64,000 nucleotides of DNA from a virus. Below, in pieces: positions 57,890 to 64,000 of the stretch (its first letter is position 1; each line of letters begins with the position of its first letter). The translations under genes were made by a program, and so were the position numbers. The DNA lies in IMG/VR virus record IMGVR_UViG_3300042546_000155; one strand, given 5' to 3'. The notes under the pieces are model-generated. The model was not told where the DNA came from, made no database searches, and worked only from the letters and a program-made list of their open reading frames with translations.

Positions 57890-58499
57890 TGTCTATGCAC
57901 CCGTGAAATTCTGCAACTTTGCTAAGTAGCTTCGCCCATTCTTCATCAACACCTTCGATGTTGGTTATCTGGCTAGGTGGTATAGCATACTCACCGAGAG
58001 TGATATGATGGTCGGTAATTACTATGTCAACATCAAAACCTAGAATAGCAACTGCTCGTCTAGTAACAATGTTGTTAGAGTTGATCTTAATGTTACCTGA
58101 TAAATCAGCATCGCCACAAACAATTGCTGAACCATATACTTGCGAATGGTTTCTCACCTTTGCATCTTCATAAACTTCGGCATCGCCGTAAATCATTGCA
58201 TTGTTACAAACTACTGCATTTCCATATACTTTAGAGTTACCTGATACTCTTGCACTGTTTGTAATAGTGGCATCGCCATATACTCTCGCCTTATCATATA
58301 CTCTTGCATTACCGGAAACAACAGCATTTCCATACACTCTTGCATCTTCGCCAATGAAACAATCTTCATCAACTTTGGCAGTGTTAGCAACCCATCCTTT
58401 TCCTTTTGGGTGTCGATGGGCTGCTACTAATCCGTTGCCATCTTTGAAATCAAATAGTGTTTCATCAATATCAATTTCAATCACTTCAACTTCACTCAT
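57879..58499 (-). CDS. Hexapeptide-repeat (left-handed beta-helix) protein
   Basis: ARVYGN/AVVSGN/ARVYDK repeats; GGAGA RBS before MSEVEV. Confidence 0.8.
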   Translation of the reverse strand: MSEVEVIEIDIDETLFDFKDGNGLVAAHRHPKGKGWVANTAKVDEDCFIGEDARVYGNAVVSGNARVYDKARVYGDATITNSARVSGNSKVYGNAVVCNNAMIYGDAEVYEDAKVRNHSQVYGSAIVCGDADLSGNIKINSNNIVTRRAVAILGFDVDIVITDHHITLGEYAIPPSQITNIEGVDEEWAKLLSKVAEFHGCIDNDK

Positions 58500-58511
58500 A
58501 TTATTCTCCAA

Positions 58512-61500
58512 TTACATTTGCAATGCGATACATCTAATGTCGGCAACTCTTGGCACGATTGCTGTATCAGTTACGCCAGGATCTAGCAGTAGTCCAATCT
58601 TAATTGAGAACTGCTTGTAGCCTTCGAATATAGCACCAGTTGATGATGTATATGCGATTGCGCCGCCTGTGCCAGTCATGTTTGCACCAGGAATCTTATA
58701 CTGATATTCTTTCCAATCATTTCTGCTTGTTTCAGAAATTGTTGAGAAGTTAAATTCGCCAGTAAGTTTTTCTAGTTCAATCCAAGGTCTATCTTCAAAT
58801 GAAGTAGAATCTTCACGATGCTTGAACTTTACCCATACCTTAATATCAGTTCCTCTTGGACGAAATGCTGAGAGATAAATTCTCAAATCTTCTGCGTCTT
58901 GATCATCAGCTAGTGTTACGGTTTTTGAAATATACTTATTGAGCATATTTCCGCCGTCAGGACTTGTCTCATTTGTATAGTCACTACTAATGATATTATC
59001 AGTTGCGACAGCATTTGTTCCGTCGATGTTGATAATGGGCGAAATAACATTTGATGTGGTTGTCATAGAAATATGAACATTCATTGATCTATTGACACCA
59101 CGAAGTCTTTCATTTGAAATAGAAAGAACTGTTCTTTCGTTCAAATAGTTAAGCTGCTCACCAGGTGTCATTGCCTTTGTGTTTCTTGTAAAATCAGACT
59201 TTGATGTTGATTCAATCTGATAAGAAACAGATGTTCCATTAAACTTGATAACATCTGGGTCATAAGTTGCAGTAGAATAGTCAAAGTTGAGCAATTCATT
59301 GATAGTAGCATAGAATGTGGAATCACTAATGCTTCTAATTACCTGACCGACAACAAAGCCACCAGATGCACTTGAGAACTCTGCAATTGTTCCGGATTCA
59401 CCTGGTAGAGTGTAAACGCTAGTTAGTGTACCGAAGGCAACCTGAATGTTCTCTAGAACTCTAGTGAACTTAGCAGTATTGGCTGAATTGAATACATTAA
59501 CTGTTCCAGTTGAGAAGTTGGTGAAGCCAGTTAGTGTAACAACTTTTCCGCTAACAGATGCAACAGTACCTTGTGCAACAACGGTTGCACCGGACAACTT
59601 CTTAATGATATCGCCAGGAACAATGTTAGTTGTGCTATCTAGAACCAATCTATCAGGAATATGGAACATATCACCAAGAGCCGGTGTAAATTCTTTACTC
59701 ATCGAAACAAGTCTAAGCTTATCAATTGGCTTGTTACCTAGTGTTGCGGTACCAAGTGAGTTTCTAACGAACTCCGCTCGTCTTAATCTAATGGTCATAT
59801 CAACATCAGGTTCCATATCCCAGTTCATATTATTGTTTGTTGTGTAATATGTTCCTGTGTATGGACGGCTTGTTCTTCTAGCACCTGTATTAACATCAAC
59901 CTCGCCTAGTTTGGCTGTCCAGATATAAGTATCTGGATCGGCTGCGTCAGAGTGAACAACGAATGCATATTGTGTATCATTGAACAAGAAAAGAGGATGA
60001 TTAAAAGTTATTGTCAAGCCATTATCGATTCCGTTTGTAGAAATCGGGATCTCAATATTTTCAAAATGCTTTTCTGAACCAGGTACCTGATTTCTTGTAA
60101 TGCCGCCGCCAGAGTCAATTTCTCTAACTTCAAACCAAATACCTCTTGAGGTTGAAGTTGACTTTCTTCCCACGAAGATAGTTGCGCTTGTTAAGAACAT
60201 ACCTTCTTCGTTGTTTGGTGTTTTTGCCAAGAATGAATAGGCAGAGCAAGAGCCCATGAAAAGCCACCATGGGAATGGAGGAGGTGGTGGTGGATCTCTT
60301 GGAACTGTTTCGGAATCAAATGTTCTTCTCTGTTCATCGACAGGCTTGGTTACATTTTGAACTGTTGGAATCTTAATAACAGTTCTTTGTTTAATCATCT
60401 TTTGTCCAGCAGCCGTAAATGTTGCTGATGCGCCAGTAGTAATAGACTCTGATGGATCATCTAGACTTACGCCTGATTCAGAAATAATAACACGGCTATC
60501 ACCGATAATCATCTTTCTTTCACCAGTTCTAAACTGTCCCTGCTGTATTCTATAAGAGAAAAAGCACTTTCCATCTAGTCCAACAAAAATAGGTGTTCCT
60601 TCTGCCGGAAGATTACCTAAAGCAGCAGGAAGACTTGCTGTTACGAGGTTGTCAGTAATGTTAATGGATGAAATGAATACACCGTTAGCATCAACTGCCT
60701 GACTTAGTGCCTCACCTGGATTAACAGGACCTGATGAACCAAATCTATATGTGGTCAATGCTGTATTATACTGTGAGGCTGTTAGTGGGCGACAAGTATT
60801 AGATACAGGAATGTTATCAAAGTAAACCCAAATTCTTGCATTTGGTTTTAGATTTGATGCTTCACAGTAAATGACCTGAGGTCTGATATAAGGAACGATT
60901 TCAACGTCACGAACAGTAGCGTTCTGGACAATGAAAGAAGTCTGGTTGTTTCTTCCGTATTCGGTTCCTGTTCTATTCCAATCAATGTCAATAGCAATAT
61001 TAACAGATGAATTTGTGTTATACTGATCAGCAGTTCTTCTAGCTGTAGAGTAGTCGGTGCCTTGATAGACAATACCACCACCAGCAGGGTTACGAACGGT
61101 ATAAGTTCTGTTAGTTACATACCAATCATTCCATGTCGTGGAAATCTTAGTGTAAGTACCACCGAGATTTTGCTGTGTAACAAACTCTGGAGTTGTTAGA
61201 ACTTCGTCGGCTAGGAATGTTGTATCGGTCCAGATATCTCTATCGGGAGTTAGTTTCAACTGTCCCAAGAATAGATATGAGGCTCTTTCGAGATTTCTTT
61301 CAGATGTTGCGACATTCTGATTTAAAAATTGCATTTCAGAGTAGTTTAGAATAACCATTCTATCTCTAGCAACAACGCCCGATGATCTAATCAAATCGAA
61401 CATGAATGATTCTGAGGTATAGATTGGTCTATAGCTCTGTTCAACTGGATCTAGACACCACTGGCTTGATTTACCGTTGATGCTAAGTGTATCGTCTTTG

Positions 61501-64000
61501 AGTGAGTCAACAAAGATACCGTTTTTAAATCTATCAAGTCCGGCTTCGTCACGGACTGTTACGGTCGTTGCTGCCTTTTCAAGAGCATTCAATGTGGTGT
61601 AATATTCTAGATTCTCAATTCTATCTTGAAGAATACCAATATCACGCATCGTAAATCTATTGATCGCAGATGCCTTGGAGGCACATGATAAGTCTGATCT
61701 GCCCAGTCTATTACCGTAAGCTGGTGATAGTGATGGATAAGGAGGAATCTTCAATACAGATAGAGTCAACTTATCTGGATCAAACTTTGGTGTAATTGGT
61801 GTTAGTGATGGAACACCACCAACAACTGATAGTGATCCAGTCTTGTCTAGTGTAACAAGATCGATACGACCAAGATAGTTCTGAACATCAAATGTCAGAG
61901 GGTTCGATGGCATAGGAATCTTGATGCCCTGACTGACAAACTTAAATGTTGCCCAAGCAGCCTTAGGATATGTTGATATATATGCAATACCTGGATTTTC
62001 TGTTGCTGCTGATGGTAGAACCGCCGCAGTAGCAATGTTATTCTTGACAGGTCTAAAGTCTAGAACATTTCTTAGATCAATCAACTTACCGGTTGCAGTT
62101 CTGTATCTTGGAACATTCTCAGTTCTAATATTTGTCTCTGCATTGAATAGAGCATCATTGTCCTGAATAGGATAAGAATCGACAGAGAAGTAACCGCCAG
62201 TACCGGTAGCGGTATGATCAAAGTAATCCAACTCAATAAGAAGTCTATCGGTTGCTTCCATAGCTGATCTTGGTCTAATATAACCGTGATCATACATGTT
62301 ATCTGTCTGTCCATTGTTGAAAATGAACGAAGATGTGACATCTGTTCCGCCAGTATTAGATGTTGGGTAAGAACCTGAGCCTTTTCTGATAGATTTAATT
62401 CTATAGATATCACTGAAACCTAGATTGATAGGACCAGTTAGATTAGGTAGAGTTGATGCATTGATCTTAACATATCTATTGGTTCTAAGAACCTTTGACA
62501 TTTCACGAGCGGTAACTCTTGCTACTGGGAATGTAACAGCAGCGGCTACAGTTGATGAGAATGTTTCTTTAAGATCGATTGTCAATGATGATGGAGTTGT
62601 GGTAACTGATCTAACAGTGCCAGTATTAGCACCCTTAGTTGTTAGATCGATGATATCACCAACTAGATAAACCTTGGTTACTGTATTGCCTGCTAGTGCA
62701 GGAATACCTGGGCTGACGATCAAATCTCTGTTATTTGCAGATGCAGTTGTAACAGTATAAGTCAAACTGTTGCCAGAGAATCTAACCTTGTCACCAACAT
62801 TCAATGTTAGGAAGTTTGTGCTTAGATCACCAAGAAGTCTGGTTGCACCCACAGTTCCGGTTACAGTTCCTGGAAGGCTGAGGTTTGTATTGGCTTTCAA
62901 TACGAGTTTGATTTCTCTCTTATCAGCACTTGCAAGAGTTGTCGTACCATAAGGTAGAGTTTCAATACCTGATGGTATAGTAATTGACAGTAGACCAGTT
63001 GTATCAATAGCAACAGTGTTATCGATACCCTCAGTCTTTAAGAATGAGAATGATGTTGCAGATGTAGTTGGATCATCCTTATCTCTAACGCTCTTGGTTG
63101 ATAGTGAACCAGTATCGTAAAGAAGATATGAATCCTGTGCTTGTAGAACAAATGAACTGCCTACAATGTCTGCCTTAGCGCCAGTGGCAGGCATATAGAA
63201 CGATTGAACATTACCTGGACCATAACCAGAAACATATTGCACATCTGTTAGATAAAGATTATACTGAGCATCGTAGCCCTCTCTGCCATCAACATATTCT
63301 AGTGATAGAACTTTAGCATAACCAACTAGAGTTCCGGCAGCGGCACTAGTTGCTAATTTCTTATCAGTGATTGAGTTCTGTGCGGTATCATAAAGGTAAA
63401 TAACAGCACCCTTGTTCTGCTCCCACATACCGATAACTTCATTAACCACAACATATGAACCCATGGTTGTGGTAATGATATGAGTATCGCTGGCTACATC
63501 AAGACCTTTTCTTGTTACAAGTTCCTGTGTAGTTTCATAATTGATTTCATAACCTTTGACATATGCAGTACCGGCTGATACAGAAACGGCTAGAAGCTGG
63601 TTATTACCGTTATCGTAACGACCGAAATTACTGCCTGTATTGTCATGCTCTCTAATCTGAACGGCCATACCACCTACAAGATAGTTGCCCGATTCATCAA
63701 AGGTTCTCTTTGCCATTTCATCGGCAATAATATTGTATTCTGGTCTATCGTTTCTTTCCGTTACGATACCATTTTCAATTCTAACAAGAGAAATAAAGTC
63801 CTGCTGATCAATCTGATCTGTTAGATTATATGTGTATAGAGTTGGTGAGATAGAAAATCTATCAGCACCAGGTGCGGCATAGTTTGATGATTCAAGAGCA
63901 GGATCGAGTAGTGAAGTATCTTCCTCAGAACTTACAATCTCCTCTGATAGAAGCATACCTACAATCTTTGATGGGTTTCTATTGTATCTTTCAATAATGA
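58512..64000 (-). CDS. Large virion structural protein, VrlC/DUF4815-like (5' end outside the window)
   Basis: NYAAPGADR, RTFDESGNY, AYVKGYE, FTMRDIG.L..RIENLEYYT.L..LE, DRFKNGIFVD, P.V.D.RCIAL. The frame stays open to the window edge. Confidence 0.85.
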   Translation of the reverse strand, partial: IIERYNRNPSKIVGMLLSEEIVSSEEDTSLLDPALESSNYAAPGADRFSISPTLYTYNLTDQIDQQDFISLVRIENGIVTERNDRPEYNIIADEMAKRTFDESGNYLVGGMAVQIREHDNTGSNFGRYDNGNNQLLAVSVSAGTAYVKGYEINYETTQELVTRKGLDVASDTHIITTTMGSYVVVNEVIGMWEQNKGAVIYLYDTAQNSITDKKLATSAAAGTLVGYAKVLSLEYVDGREGYDAQYNLYLTDVQYVSGYGPGNVQSFYMPATGAKADIVGSSFVLQAQDSYLLYDTGSLSTKSVRDKDDPTTSATSFSFLKTEGIDNTVAIDTTGLLSITIPSGIETLPYGTTTLASADKREIKLVLKANTNLSLPGTVTGTVGATRLLGDLSTNFLTLNVGDKVRFSGNSLTYTVTTASANNRDLIVSPGIPALAGNTVTKVYLVGDIIDLTTKGANTGTVRSVTTTPSSLTIDLKETFSSTVAAAVTFPVARVTAREMSKVLRTNRYVKINASTLPNLTGPINLGFSDIYRIKSIRKGSGSYPTSNTGGTDVTSSFIFNNGQTDNMYDHGYIRPRSAMEATDRLLIELDYFDHTATGTGGYFSVDSYPIQDNDALFNAETNIRTENVPRYRTATGKLIDLRNVLDFRPVKNNIATAAVLPSAATENPGIAYISTYPKAAWATFKFVSQGIKIPMPSNPLTFDVQNYLGRIDLVTLDKTGSLSVVGGVPSLTPITPKFDPDKLTLSVLKIPPYPSLSPAYGNRLGRSDLSCASKASAINRFTMRDIGILQDRIENLEYYTTLNALEKAATTVTVRDEAGLDRFKNGIFVDSLKDDTLSINGKSSQWCLDPVEQSYRPIYTSESFMFDLIRSSGVVARDRMVILNYSEMQFLNQNVATSERNLERASYLFLGQLKLTPDRDIWTDTTFLADEVLTTPEFVTQQNLGGTYTKISTTWNDWYVTNRTYTVRNPAGGGIVYQGTDYSTARRTADQYNTNSSVNIAIDIDWNRTGTEYGRNNQTSFIVQNATVRDVEIVPYIRPQVIYCEASNLKPNARIWVYFDNIPVSNTCRPLTASQYNTALTTYRFGSSGPVNPGEALSQAVDANGVFISSINITDNLVTASLPAALGNLPAEGTPIFVGLDGKCFFSYRIQQGQFRTGERKMIIGDSRVIISESGVSLDDPSESITTGASATFTAAGQKMIKQRTVIKIPTVQNVTKPVDEQRRTFDSETVPRDPPPPPPFPWWLFMGSCSAYSFLAKTPNNEEGMFLTSATIFVGRKSTSTSRGIWFEVREIDSGGGITRNQVPGSEKHFENIEIPISTNGIDNGLTITFNHPLFLFNDTQYAFVVHSDAADPDTYIWTAKLGEVDVNTGARRTSRPYTGTYYTTNNNMNWDMEPDVDMTIRLRRAEFVRNSLGTATLGNKPIDKLRLVSMSKEFTPALGDMFHIPDRLVLDSTTNIVPGDIIKKLSGATVVAQGTVASVSGKVVTLTGFTNFSTGTVNVFNSANTAKFTRVLENIQVAFGTLTSVYTLPGESGTIAEFSSASGGFVVGQVIRSISDSTFYATINELLNFDYSTATYDPDVIKFNGTSVSYQIESTSKSDFTRNTKAMTPGEQLNYLNERTVLSISNERLRGVNRSMNVHISMTTTSNVISPIINIDGTNAVATDNIISSDYTNETSPDGGNMLNKYISKTVTLADDQDAEDLRIYLSAFRPRGTDIKVWVKFKHREDSTSFEDRPWIELEKLTGEFNFSTISETSRNDWKEYQYKIPGANMTGTGGAIAYTSSTGAIFEGYKQFSIKIGLLLDPGVTDTAIVPRVADIRCIALQM

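Noticed and set aside
1-64000. tRNA/rRNA genes or stop-codon reassignment
   Set aside because: No cloverleaf seen in the few intergenic gaps, and core genes are full length in the standard code.

Overview
This is a 64 kb segment of a T4-like myovirus genome, with essentially all genes on the minus strand. The host is probably alphaproteobacterial (Rhizobiales-like), inferred from the captured ftsH. The left third holds replication, recombination and regulation genes: dUTPase, regA, clamp loader 62/44, dsbA, clamp 45, dNMP kinase, a MoxR AAA+/VWA pair, a PLP enzyme-glycosyltransferase-methyltransferase cluster, 46-ftsH-47, 55, uvsW and uvsY. The right two-thirds is the virion module: 3, 23, 22, 21, core proteins, 20, 19, 18, 17, 16, 15, 14, 13, several long repeat-rich fibres and a VrlC/DUF4815-like protein. 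Four observations stand out. (1) A perfect interleaved two-stem (H-type pseudoknot) element at 5703-5770 has a free loop that is the reverse complement of the ribosome-binding leaders of the two upstream strong-promoter genes, making it a candidate anti-RBS RNA switch. (2) An intact FtsH protease gene sits between 47 and 46 behind a TATAAATA late-promoter box. (3) There is a candidate DNA hypermodification operon. (4) A lone plus-strand consensus sigma70 promoter fires into GCGAAGC-type hairpins upstream of gene 55. All annotation is from motif recognition; no database searches were run.
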